From: Octopus vulgaris
Lineage: Eukaryota
DNA length: 64,000 nt
Direction of reading: 5' to 3'
Assembly (NCBI GenBank): GCA_951406725.2
Contig: OX597825.1
Location: 16,926,001-16,990,000 of the forward strand
The notes under the pieces were generated by a model. The model had not been told where the DNA came from, did no database searches, and saw nothing but the letters and a program-made list of their open reading frames with translations. Shown here piece after piece: positions 1-12,660 of this stretch. The position numbers were made by a program, and so were the translations under genes. Every line of letters starts with the position of its first letter. Positions within the stretch are counted from its first letter, which is position 1.

Positions 1-185
1 AGCTAGTTGGTAGCGCGCTTTTGTCCACCCTTGCGTTCTTAGTTCAAATTTCCCCGGGGACGACTTTGCTCTCCATCCCTCCGAGGTCGATAAAATAAGT
101 ACCAGTTGAATACTGGGGTCGACGTAACCGACTTAAATCCTCCCACCAAATTTTAGACCCTGTGCCTATAGTAGGAAGGATTATT
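1..185 (+). mobile_element. SINE family B fragment (Meta-domain-like core)
   Basis: GTTCAAATT..GACTTTGC..CATCCCTCCGAGGTCGATAAAATAAGTACCAG..CTGGGGTCGA motif shared with more than 10 other copies in the window. Confidence 0.8.
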
Positions 186-210
186 GTTATTGTTATCGTC
201 GTCGTTGTCG

Positions 211-244
<34 letters not shown>

Positions 245-327
245 GACCAGCACCACCACCGCCATTATCATAATCATTATCAACATCATCTTCGTCGTCG
301 TCGTCGTCGTTGTTGTTCTTTCACCAT

Positions 328-722
328 GTTACTCTTTTACTCTTTGACTTGTTTCAGGCATTTGCAGCAGCGCCTTTAGTCGAGCAAATCGACCCCAATA
401 CTTATTCTTTGTAAGCCTAGTAGTTATTCTATCGGTCCTCTTTTGCCGAACCGCTAAGTTACGCGGACGTAAGCACACCAGCATCGGTTGTGAAGCGATT
501 TTGAGGGTGGGGACAGACACAGACACAGAAACACGCACACACACATATACATACATATACGACGGACTTCTTTCAGTTTCCGTCTACCAAATCCACTTAC
601 AAAGTTTTGGTCAGCCAGAGGCTGTATTAGAAGACACATACCCAAGGTGCCACGCAGTGGGACTGAACCCGGAACCATGTGGCTGGTAAGCAAGCTACTT
701 CCCACACAGCCACTCCTGCGCC
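328..722 (-). mobile_element. SINE family A (tRNA head, V-domain-like core), near full length
   Basis: Reverse complement matches the TSD-flanked copy at 55826-56237 (GGCGCAGGAGTGGCTGTGTGG..GGTTCAGTCCC..GGATTTGGTAGACGGAAACTGAAAGAAG; GTAAAAGA-type tail). Confidence 0.9.
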
Positions 723-723
723 T

Positions 724-734
724 GTTGTTGTTGC

Positions 735-812
<78 letters not shown>

Positions 813-826
813 TAGCATTATTGTTG
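724..826 (+). repeat. (TTG)/(TTA)n microsatellite
   Basis: Direct inspection. Confidence 0.95.
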
Positions 827-1536
827 TGAATGTCGAGTTATTGCAAATTGACATTTGTAATACAGTGGAAGAATATTAAGAGGAATAACATCAATTAATT
901 ATGTCAAGTCATTCATAGCATTGTGTTTATGCACCGACTGGTAAAATTATGAATACTGAAAATATGTACATTTATATTAATAAATAAATAGAACGCCATC
1001 GAAAATATTGAATATGCTGCGAATAGCTTGGTAGAAAAGACTTAAGAAATTACAACATTTCTATGTAGTGGCTTTGAATATTATTTTATACATCTGGGAT
1101 AGCATACATCATTAATTCCGAGCACTTTGCTGTTCCGATAAGCTTTGATTATTAATGCATTATTATTGTATGAAAATAAGAGAAAATGAAATTCCATTCT
1201 GAATAAGAGCAGCACATAATATCATGTATTAATGAATGTTTGTAGGAATTCTACTGTATAACAGCTAATTTCAATTTTCGTTTACCTAGCTCATTGAATG
1301 GAGGAGCAGAGGAGAAAGCTTATGTTGTTAGCGATACCTTGACAAACCAGAAATGTAAATGGAAGTGAAACATGTATGGGAAAAAATAACGCCATGATTG
1401 GAATGTTCGAGGCTGCTTGGAACTGAAAGTGAAAGTGAATACTATTTTCCTAATATTCGTGTTTCCGTGGTTTGTCTCTAACCTTAGTGTTAATTGTAAC
1501 ACTGGAGCAACATCGACAGTGTTAGCATGTAGTTTT

Positions 1537-1564
1537 ATGATGACGATGATGATGATGGTAATGG

Positions 1565-1596
<32 letters not shown>

Positions 1597-1717
1597 GTGA
1601 TGGTGATGGTGGTGGTGGTGATGATGATGATGGTGATGGTGATGATGATAATGGTGGTGATGATGATGGTAATGATGATGGTGATGATGATGATGCTGAT
1701 GCCGCTGCTGCTGCTGC

Positions 1718-1748
<31 letters not shown>

Positions 1749-1958
1749 GATAATGATGATGATGATGATGATGATGATGATGGTAATGGTGATGGTGATT
1801 ATGATGATGATGATGATGATGGTAATGGTGATGGTGATGATGATGATGATGATGATGATGGTAATGGTGATGATTAGGATGATGGTGATGATGATGATGA
1901 TGATGATGGTGATGGTGATGATGATGACGATGACGATGCTGATGGTGATGGTGATGAT

Positions 1959-1992
<34 letters not shown>

Positions 1993-2089
1993 GTGATGGT
2001 GATGATGATGATGATGACGATGATGATGATGATGGTAATGGTGATGGTGATGATGATGATGGTGATGATGATGATGATGATGGTGGTGG

Positions 2090-2121
<32 letters not shown>

Positions 2122-2289
2122 GTAATGGTGATAATGATGATGGTGGTGATGATGATGATGATGATAATGGTGATGATGATGATGGTGATGATGATGATGA
2201 TGGTGATGGTGATGATGATGGTGATGGTGATGATGATGATGGTGATGATCATGGTGATGATCATGGTGATGGTGATGATGGTGATGATG

Positions 2290-2342
<53 letters not shown>

Positions 2343-2380
2343 GATGATGGTGATGGTGATGATGATGATGGTGATGATGG

Positions 2381-2412
<32 letters not shown>

Positions 2413-2525
2413 GTGATGATGATGGTGGTGATGATGGTGATGATGATGATGATGATGATGATGATACTGATTATGATGATGATGATGACGACGATGATGA
2501 TGATGGTAATAATGATGGTGATGAT

Positions 2526-2556
<31 letters not shown>

Positions 2557-2818
2557 ATGATGGTGATGATGAAAATGATGCTGATGATGATGATGATGAT
2601 GATGATGATGCTGATGATGATGATGGTGATGATGATGATGATGATGATGATGATGGTGATGATGATGGTGATGATGATTATGATGATGATGGTGATGATG
2701 ATGATGATTATGATGGTGATGATGATACTGATGATGATGGTGATGATGATGGTGATGATGATGATGATGATGATGGTGATGGTGATGATGATGATGATGA
2801 TAATGATGAAGATGATGA

Positions 2819-2884
<66 letters not shown>
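1537..2884 (+). repeat. ~1.35-kb degenerate (GAT/GGT)n array grading into (AAT)n
   Basis: Direct inspection; source of the 515-aa and 546-aa poly-M/poly-I pseudo-ORFs. Confidence 0.95.
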
Positions 2885-2886
<2 letters not shown>

Positions 2887-3025
2887 CTTGGAATGGAATA
2901 TTTCCGAGGAATAAGTTTGGCGTTGCGCTCAAAATTGACCGGATGGAATATAAGATCCAATTAGTTAATACATGAGCGACAGCATCACTTCGGTATGGTG
3001 CACTGGAATTATGAAATGGTAAAAG
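2885..3025 (+). mobile_element. R4/Dong-type non-LTR retrotransposon fragment (RT thumb region)
   Basis: Frameshifted translation EYFRGISLALRSKLTGWN/KIQLVNT*ATASLRYGA/GIMKW resembles the R4-clade motif EY.RR.RKILKSKLNG.NKIQAINTWAV.LLRYGAGII.W; directly abuts (TAA)n. Confidence 0.7.
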
Positions 3026-3034
3026 AAAGGACTA

Positions 3035-3275
<241 letters not shown>

Positions 3276-3329
3276 GTAATTGTTTTATTCGAGAATACTT
3301 CATAGCTACATTTTATAGATTTAGATAGT

Positions 3330-4745
3330 TCTTATGTATGCCTGCGACTACTTGCGCGAAACTTTAGCATATGTAAATTAGCCGATTTGAGACAGCCCAT
3401 AGCTTTTAAAGGTTCTCTTAGTTCTTTATTCTGTTTAAATATGAAGAACTGTATTTTCTAAAGAAGTCAGCACAATCTTATTTGAAACTATAACAAGTTT
3501 GTAATTCAGGTGTTGTGGGTACTTTATCTAAAGGTTTATTATTCAATAAATCATGGATTACTGAGTGGAACTGGAGGTACCTTGAATTTTTCTAACAATA
3601 TCATTGACAATTACCGTATTTGATGGCATATTAGACGAACGGGAACATAAGATGCAAACCCGTTTCAGCAGCGCATGTTTAGGGAAAATGATTTTATGTA
3701 TTAAAGATTATGGAAATCGATAGGGCGGGAGGAAACTTCTCATATAGGACCTAAGGTGTATTTAAACAGTTTCGAGCCATTATTTTGTATCTTCATTAAA
3801 TCGGGGTTAATGACAAGGGATGGTAAAATATTTTCTTTATCTCACCTAAAGGACCTGAGTGAATGTTATTTCTTCCACGATAACCTACGTGTCTGTTATT
3901 TTCTATTATAATAATCTAAATGACTGAGAAAGCAGCAACGCTAGGTGAATTCTCCTTGCATGACCATAACAGAGAAAATTAAGATATCCAGCAAGGTTCC
4001 CTTGGTGATCGTCGTATTCAGTTCATTTAAAAAGAATGTCTGTTAACCTAAGATTTTTAAATGCACCGAATAGATAGTTTGAAATTTCTATTATGCAATA
4101 AAATTGTAGTGACGAATCAATAAAACGTCGACATTCACTTGCATGATGACTTTCAAATAAATATCAGAAAGTCCATTAATGTCAGGACAATAAAACCGAG
4201 GACCATCCATTTTGGAATAAACTACTAAATCAGAATTGCGCTTTCGATAGTAATTCACAATCATAGTTTCTTCAAGTCTATGACTGTCTTTTAACTGAGA
4301 AGCGAGAAACTCCACCGTATCCTTTGGGACTTATGAATCGCTAAAAAGATTGCTCAATTTCTCTTCTTTGAAAATAACTGGGTTTGTGATTCCTTCTAGT
4401 GTGTGGTTGGAACGAAAGGAAAATCCTGGGAAGCCATAAGCAATTGCACCTCCAACATTATATAATATTTTCGATATCGTTTGAGCTCGTGGCGTGGCGG
4501 ATAAGGAGCAGGCAATGTTTCATCATACGAAAGAAATCTACATGCGGAATTCACATTTAGGATACATACGTATCTGTTTTAGACGAAAACTTCAGACGAA
4601 TCCTTCTGGAACATTCTACTACTGCGGTATGTGTTTCCTTGTAGCATTCTAAACACAAATTGGTTGATGTCTTTCTTCGTCCTTTTTCTGCAATGACAAT
4701 CTACCACAAATTTGTGACCTTTGACAACTTCTGATCTCCAATCGT
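3330..4745 (-). pseudogene. Decayed Chapaev-type (CMC) DNA transposase
   Basis: Collinear motifs across frameshifts: GDQ; NVNSACRFLSYDETLPAPYPP; KLSNLFSDS*VPKDTVEFLASQLK; YRKRN; YCPDINGL; SECRRFIDSS; ILLHNRN; MQGEFT*RCCFL; PDLMK; KAMGCLKSANLH. These match Chapaev3 motifs ELNDLVRDL.L.K..AELLASRLK, EWRLFIDSS, VLLHNGN, QGGFTKY.CFLC, MGCNMSLKIH. Confidence 0.8.
3612..3700 (+). mobile_element. Probable pogo/Tigger-type TIR remnant inserted in the Chapaev fossil
   Basis: TACCGTATTTGATGGCATATTAGACG..CATAAGATGCA resembles TACCGTATTT..TATAAGACGCA termini; interrupts Chapaev collinearity. Confidence 0.4.
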
Positions 4746-5807
4746 AGCAGAATGATTAGGGGAGTACATAAGAAGTGTGGTCTTTGAGTTCTAGTATCGT
4801 TTACAATATTTTCAATATATTTGGGTTTGAGAGATTTCGTGTATGCATGTGTGAATATTGTTATTGCTGTTGTTGCAAAATATCATAAGATGGTTCAAAT
4901 GAGTGTCATTGTCAACAGAAAAAAACTTGCCATTTTACCATTTAAAACACAAGAATTATAATACTTCTTTATCATTTCTCGTGTATGGTCATCGCAGTGT
5001 TATCTTTATTTGAGGCGCATCTCCAGTATATTTCGTAGACATTTTACACGTATATTTAGGACAAAAGAAAAATAAGCTATCGACAAAACATATTTCCGTC
5101 TGAACCATGTAAGCGCAGACATTGAAATTCTTCAAAGATTACCCTAGTAAAAATCGATGAAAACATTGTTTAATGTCGTTGCTCTGATAGAATCCAGGGC
5201 TATGAACAGTGAGTAATATATAAATGTGAACAGGTTTGTGGTCCTTAATTATAACAACAACAACAGCAATAATAATAACAACAATGAGAAACATTTCACC
5301 AATAACAAGTGATAACACATGGAGAAAAACTAAAAATAATTATGTAATTTCAGTCAAAAGTGATAATGAAGAAGTCAGAAGCTACAGAAAGAGAAATATG
5401 GTATAAAAAAGCAGGGGAAAGAAGTAAGTTATGAAAATATAGGAGAACGCTGAAATTATATAGAATTAAACGCAGAAATGGCTGGAGAAATAAAGTTAGA
5501 CTGCGAGGAAATAATTTGAGAAGTAATACATCAATGCTCAGAAAATAGTACCGCTTCTTCAATTAAGAAACAACAGTAGCACAAGCAGCAGCAGTAACAC
5601 TAGTTATGGTTGTAGTAGTAGTAGTAGTAGTAGTTGTTGTTGTTGTTGTTGTTGTTATTGTAGTATTAGTAGTAAAGTTAATGATAATATTTATTCTATG
5701 ATTGTGGTGCTTCTCAAAATTAATGGGGAAGAAACCGTCAATGGAATCGACTAATAAGTAATTAGAACTTCTATGTACCGAGGGTAACGACAGCAATAAC
5801 AACAACA

Positions 5808-5995
5808 GTGGAGGCGCAATGGCCTAGTGGTTAGGGCAGCGGACTAGCGGTCGTAAGAACGCGGTTTCGATTCTCATGCAGGGCATTGTGAGTGTTTATT
5901 AAGCTCCACGATGCTCTGGCGGCGGCTGAGTTGGTGGTGAACCCCGCTGTACTCTTTCACCTCAATTTTCTTTCACTCTTTCTTCCTACTTCTGC
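5808..5995 (+). mobile_element. SINE family C 5' part (tRNA-derived head)
   Basis: GGAGGCGCAATGGCCTAGTGG (A box)..GGTTTCGATTC (B box); matches 24817-25204. Confidence 0.85.
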
Positions 5996-6132
5996 CACAA
6001 AGCAGAGAAACCATGGTGTAATCCATTATGGTGTGGTAAACTTTCAGACCCTAGTCTAGATTGCTAATCCCCTGTATTCCAGGATGTTTCCGCTCTTCAC
6101 CTGTTAAAAGGCACCGTTTACAGAATGGGGAT

Positions 6133-6187
6133 AACAACGTAGCTTTCGCACCCGTGAAACCGCCTGTGGGTGGATCTTCAAGTTGCC
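6133..6187 (-). ncRNA. Degenerate hammerhead-like motif
   Basis: Minus: ggcaac TTGAAGA tc-caccc..gggtg-c GAAA gc TA c gttgtt; variant core and one extra nt before stem I. Confidence 0.4.
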
Positions 6188-6260
6188 ACACACATTCTTA
6201 GTAGGCTCGAATTAGAGATTTTTCTTTGCGGTTAATGGCGTGAGTCCTGATTGGAAGAAG

Positions 6261-6281
6261 ACAACAACAAAAACAACAATA

Positions 6282-6357
<76 letters not shown>

Positions 6358-6426
6358 CTACTAATACTACTACTGCTGTTATTGTTGTTGTTGCTGCTGC
6401 TGCTACTACTACTACTACTACTGCTG

Positions 6427-6476
<50 letters not shown>

Positions 6477-6506
6477 GCAACTACTACTACTACTAGTGGT
6501 ACTACT
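6261..6506 (+). repeat. (CTA)n/(CTG)n compound microsatellite
   Basis: Direct inspection. Confidence 0.95.
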
Positions 6507-7141
6507 CAGTGATGGAAGTTTTATGTTAGCCGCACGAAGTGATGCATGTCCAGAAATAACTGTAAGACAAACATTGATGTAACAAGATTCTAAAATCAGT
6601 TACAGACTTTTGAAGAATTGCAATGAGGCGCATGACTACATTATTTCGGACTTTTAAGGCGCTATGTGATCATGTTTATGTCAATCAGACAATCTATTAA
6701 TAATTCATCGGGAACACTGCAGGAATGGTAAAAGGAAGTATCAAATAAAATATCCAATACGTTACATGAAAGTCACGTTGCCACAACCATATGTGACATG
6801 TTGATGCAGACTAACAAAAAAATATATAGGCAAATTGTGCATATATAATTATCGATGGCAGTGAAAATGTAACTGCAGCCATTTCAATACCATTTGACCG
6901 AATCATGTTTAAGAAGTAAAGAAATTGTCACTGTTCAATATTTCAAGGTAAATACAAAGACAATAATAATTGTAGCGATCTTAATTATTACCAGTTATTA
7001 TTATTATCGTACTTTTAAAAAAAAATATTTCTCTGCAGATACGCAAGCATTCTTGCACGTAGCCGTATGAACATACACGCATGAATAAAATGTTATATTA
7101 CAATATATGATATTATATTACATTATGTTATATTATAATAC

Positions 7142-7160
<19 letters not shown>

Positions 7161-7188
<28 letters not shown>

Positions 7189-7310
7189 ACCACGTGACCG
7201 ACCAGACCATCAGATGATTTACACATCGCTGGTCACAATGCGTTCGCATTGTTTTAGCCTTCGAATGACGCCTCCCCGCTGGCTAAGCCAGTAGGCCAAC
7301 AGAAGAAAGA
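7161..7310 (-). mobile_element. 3' half of SINE family C variant (alternative tail)
   Basis: Nearly identical to 50340-50470. Confidence 0.8.
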
Positions 7311-7519
7311 CATATACATATATATATATATTTAAAAAAGGAGATGTGGAACACGAGTTGTGATATATAAAAAAGGAAATGAAGAAAATGCTGACAAAAT
7401 AATTTAAGTAATTTAAGTAATTTAATTAGGTGGAAGTTCTTTTTACCGGTTGCGCATTTGTTATGCTTATCAAAAGTTTTTTCCTCTTATCAGATAAGAG
7501 GAAAAAACTCTATATATAT

Positions 7520-7634
7520 GGTGGTGCAATGGTGCAGTGGTTAGGGCAGCGGGCTCACGGTTGTAAGATCGCGGTTTCGATTCCCAGATCGGGCGTTGTG
7601 AGTCGTTATTGAGCGAAAACACCTAAAGCTCCAT
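7520..7634 (+). mobile_element. SINE family C head
   Basis: Matches 24817-24932. Confidence 0.85.
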
Positions 7635-8477
7635 TTTCAGTTGCCCAATTCCATCCCATTCAACTGTTTCAGGTACTGATTATAAGAATACCCTTTATTG
7701 TCATTGATTCAACATGGGAACCAGAAGTCATATTTTTATTTCTCAGATTTCTCGCATTTTCACTTCTCCTCTCACAAAATCTATCGATGCAATTTGTTTC
7801 GTTTAGATATTGTCTTTCTTGGAACCAGATGAAAGGGTTTTGTTCTGTACGCGTTTTATTGCTCCATTTATCAATATTACATCGTTTTTTAAAACAGATG
7901 TTTCGCAATCCTATAATACATATTTTATAATAAATTTCTTGCAATATTTATCGTTAAGGTAATTTTTCTTTGTCAAATTTTGATTAGTGAAATCTAAATG
8001 AAGTCATTGCCTTTCTTCGCATTTCTCTGTTGTTCAGAATATTATAATTATAAGTTCTTATTGTGATAGCTAAATTACTGAAGCATATAACCTAATTTTT
8101 ACATTTTGCTATCTTTTAATTATCAATCTCTTCCATTTCTTCCAAACCATTTCTTTCATTTCTATCTGTTGTGCTTTCTTCGGTTCATTAATTCTTAAGA
8201 ATTTGTAATTCAGTAATATTAACTTTGTCAACAAATTTGACCGAATCATTCAGTGATGTTTGCAAATGACAAACCCAATTCGAATGAATAGGTCTACAAA
8301 CGAGTCTAACACTTCGTGAATGATGATTCTTCGAGCTGTCTGGCAGTCTCATATTTTCTATACGGGGGATACTACGGGTTTTCATTTCATTCCATTTGAT
8401 TTCAATATCATCACATCAAAAATTACGTACGCAGTCTATAATCTGTGCCTCTAAATTCTCATAATCACTCACACCTA

Positions 8478-8893
8478 CTCTCTTTTACTCTTTTACCTGT
8501 TTCAGTCATTTGACTGCGGCAATGCTGGAGCACCACCTTTTTGGTCTAGCAAATCGACCCCAGGACTTATTCTTTATAAGCCTAGTACTTATTCTATCGG
8601 TCTCTTTTGCCGAACCGCTAAGTAACGGGGTCGTAAACACACCAGCATCGGTTGCCGAGCGATGTGGGGGGGGGGGGGAAACAGACACACAAACACACAC
8701 ACACATATATATACATATATATATATATACGACGGGTTTCTTTCAGTTTCCGTGTACCAAATCCACTCACAAAGCTTTGGTCGGCCCGAGGCTATAGTAG
8801 AAGACCCTTGCCCAAGGTGCCACACAATGGGACTGAACCCGGAACCGTGTGGTTGGTAAGCAAGCTACTTACCCCACAGCCACTCCTGCGCCT
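8478..8893 (-). mobile_element. SINE family A, full length
   Basis: Matches 328-722 and 55826-56237. Confidence 0.9.
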
Positions 8894-9147
8894 ATTGTGG
8901 CAATTACACTGAAATTGTTTATTCAGTAAACTTCTCCTTATTTATCTATGCCACGTCTTGGCTTCACGAGCTGTTCCAAGTCCTGCTACCAACAGAGTAT
9001 TTCCCACAAAGTTTGGTATTTTCAGCTTTTGATTGCTGTCTTTGAGATGATTCTAATTGTACTGATCACAATAGGTAGGGCTCACAAATTTGAGGTTCTA
9101 TGGATGCATTTTACTTCCAATGCGGCTACATCATTTAGTTCACCTTA

Positions 9148-9303
9148 TACTGAGTTCAAATTCCATCGTGATAGATTATGCATTTCATCCCATCGCGGTC
9201 GATAAAATAAGTACCAGTTGAACAAATGGGTTTATGTAATCGATTTACTGCCCCACGTTTTACAATTTCAGAGCTTGTACCAAAATTTGAAACCGCTCTT
9301 ATT
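9148..9303 (+). mobile_element. SINE family B fragment
   Basis: CTGAGTTCAAATTCC..GGTCGATAAAATAAGTACCAG. Confidence 0.75.
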
Positions 9304-9609
9304 CTTGTAGTCTTACTTTTATTATATGTAGATTTGCTTTCATTATATGCATTCACTGCACTGCTAAACGCAACTCTATATGCCTTGGCTCTGTGCTGTG
9401 GTTTGTTTTAATGTTGTTATGTTTACAGTAGTGAAATTGCTTTATTTAGGATGTATGCAGTGTCTAGTAGTGATATTTTCTCTATGTTACGTATATTTTA
9501 ATGCCTGACGTTTTGTTAATGTATTTGACCGTTTGTTATTTCTTTATAAACCACATCTAACGTATCTATTATTATAGGGATTATTTCTTTCTTCAGCCCC
9601 AGATTATCA

Positions 9610-9796
9610 GTATTATTATTTTTTATCATCATCATCATCATCATCAACCTCATGATCGTTATTATCATTGTTGTTGTTATTATTATTACTATTATTATTA
9701 TTATTACTTAATAATCTAATGATTGAATACAATAATTGGCATACTATAAAAATTATTAGTAAAACAAGAACCAGAAACTGCTTTTGTAATAATGAT

Positions 9797-9840
<44 letters not shown>

Positions 9841-9986
9841 TAATAATAACAATGATAATAATAATAATCATGATGATGGTGATGATGAGGAAAATGGTGA
9901 TGATGCTGATTATTTTCATCATAATAGTGATGATGGTGATGATGATGATGATGATGATGATGACGATGATCATGATCATGATGATG

Positions 9987-10034
<48 letters not shown>

Positions 10035-10048
10035 GTAATAATGATTAC

Positions 10049-10104
<56 letters not shown>

Positions 10105-10170
10105 GTAGCCGTAATATTATTGGTAGTAATAATTAAACACAATAATAATAATGATAATAATAATAATAAA
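9610..10170. repeat. Compound (AAT)n/(GAT)n trinucleotide arrays
   Basis: Direct inspection. Confidence 0.9.
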
Positions 10171-10505
10171 AAAAGAATTATAAAGATGCCAAACAGTCGA
10201 AGTCGACGAAAAGATATAAATCTGCACAGACAATGAAAAACAACCAACACTATTTGCCGATTTGTCTTGTCTGCGTGCCAACTTGCCGCCATTCTCACTG
10301 TTGATCACGCAATCTACGAAATTACAATCAATAGAGAAGATCAGTGAGTTGATGACTCCGTTCGAAAAGATTTCTTTTACATTCTCATGAAACCATTGTT
10401 GATTAGAGACAAAGAGTTCTTAAGTCTCAACGTTGCACGTCAAGAGTGTAATTTGTGGTGGTGGTGGTTGTTGTCGTGTTGTTGATGTTTCTGCTTCTTG
10501 TTGTA

Positions 10506-10537
<32 letters not shown>

Positions 10538-10594
10538 CCTTGTTGATGATGTTCTTTGATATTAGTTGCAATGTCTTGTTTTGGTGTCTACGCA

Positions 10595-10651
<57 letters not shown>

Positions 10652-10885
10652 TGGACACACACGCAGACGCACGTACACACATGCGAAAGCACGCATACAC
10701 ACAAATAAATGCTTATGCAAATACGCACATACACATATGTATCCATACACGTATCACTCTCAAGCCATATTCTCTCTCTCTCTCTCTCCATCCCTTAACA
10801 ATATATACATGTGTGTGTATTTGTGTGTGTATAAATCTAGATATATGCATATCTATGTATCAGTCTATCTATCTATTTATCTATC

Positions 10886-10938
<53 letters not shown>

Positions 10939-10965
10939 ATCTATCTATTTAACTATCTATCTATT

Positions 10966-11054
<89 letters not shown>

Positions 11055-11059
11055 GTAGG

Positions 11060-11253
11060 TCCCGGGTTGATTCGGGGTTAACCACAGTAAATAAGGTACT
11101 CAATACATAGCAGAGTAAAATTAATTTATTATATAGAAGGAGCTTCTACAGGACTAGAACTGTTTCATTCAAGAGAAATCTTCAGGAAGCTTCCTGAAGA
11201 TTTCTCTTGAATGAAACAGTTCTAGTCCTGTAGAAGCTCCTTCTATATAATAA

Positions 11254-11255
<2 letters not shown>
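11060..11255. mobile_element. Penelope-like terminal module with perfect 132-bp palindrome (11124-11255); each arm has a hammerhead core
   Basis: Arms 11124-11189 and 11190-11255 are exact reverse complements; CTGAAGA tttctcttgaat GAAA cagTT ctag on each strand; flanked by (TA)n. Confidence 0.7.
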
Positions 11256-11284
<29 letters not shown>

Positions 11285-11542
11285 TATATCAATGTTGCCC
11301 TGTATTCCACATATGGACACCTGATACTATAGATGTAACGGTATGCTAAATTAGCGAAGCATGCAAAGAAAAATTCATCAGCATATAGATACATATGCTT
11401 TTTATATGTCAGTCTGTCTCTGTTTGTCCCTGTCTGTCTGTCTGTCGCCATGTCTCTCCTTCTCTTTCTTTCTTTCTCTCTCTCTCCCTCTATATATATA
11501 TATATACATATATATATATACACTTATTTATGAATATAAACT

Positions 11543-11579
<37 letters not shown>

Positions 11580-11643
11580 ATACATATATATATAAATAGA
11601 AACGTGTACATATATATATATATATATATAGTATATGCACATG

Positions 11644-11676
<33 letters not shown>

Positions 11677-11742
11677 ATGTGTGCGTGTGTGTTTCTATGA
11701 GCACAGACACACACAAACATCAGCTATTAGATATAACATATA

Positions 11743-12282
11743 CAGTATGCATCAGTTTTTCGAAGACACCTCATTCAGAGGGGTTTTTTTGGTTTATTCT
11801 ATCCTTTTACCTTATTTTTCTGATGAATCATGTCAGACATCATGTTGACTCAGCAAATGAAAACGTATGCTGCAATAGTTTCTTTAAAAGCGCAGCTTAG
11901 TGATACAAAGATAGCTCGCTTCCTTAAAGGTGTCCGATACTTCACTGTCAAGTTCCAAAGAAAGTGGAATCTATCGACAGTGAACTAACATCAGAAGCTA
12001 AGCGCCAAACATCATATAGAAGGCCATAATCCCATCAGGACACATAACTGTATACAGTGAGTTGAACATATACGCCATAAAATCCCAGGAAAATCAATCA
12101 TAATCAATGGAAAGGATCTCAAAGTTTCAGAATGCAGCAAAAGACGAATTGTGCCTAATAACATCAGGTACAAGTTGCATGGGGTAAGTTTATGCTGGAT
12201 GTGACAAGAATGAAATTTTCGATCCGTGCAAAGTGCTTGCTAAACAGGTTAGAACACCAAGAATTTGGAATGCTCTGGCGAG
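11743..12282 (+). mobile_element. Tc1/mariner (maT/DD37D-like) 5' half, decayed transposase
   Basis: ATG at 11842: [70 protein letters not shown], truncated just before the FSDE motif. Confidence 0.75.
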
Positions 12283-12660
12283 GCTTTATATTTTTAATAC
12301 AATTGTCCCTATTAAATTTTGGACCACTCACTTTAACGTTATGGATCCTCAATTTGTTTACTAAGACCCTTGAAATCTGAAATGGGTTGTATTAATTAAA
12401 ATGGAAGTTAGTCATCACAATACGTGAAGTGACGAAATATGGTAATCTTGTTATTAATTTACGAAATAAGGCTAAAACTTCCTTCATCCATGTGGATGAA
12501 AACGTTCCTAGCGTCTAAACTATCTTAACTTTTCAATGAAGAACTTATATTTAATAGGAACATTTTAAATTCATCACTGATTAAAACTTATAATTTAGCA
12601 GCCTGAACGAAGTCAGTTCCTTTGTAGCACGAACGCTGGATTAGTATATATACGGTTTTA

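Noticed and set aside
1320-2964. 515-aa poly-Met and 546-aa poly-Ile ORFs
   Set aside because: Translations of a trinucleotide microsatellite; the Asp/Gly frame has TAG stops; no domain content (not reflectin-like despite Met richness)
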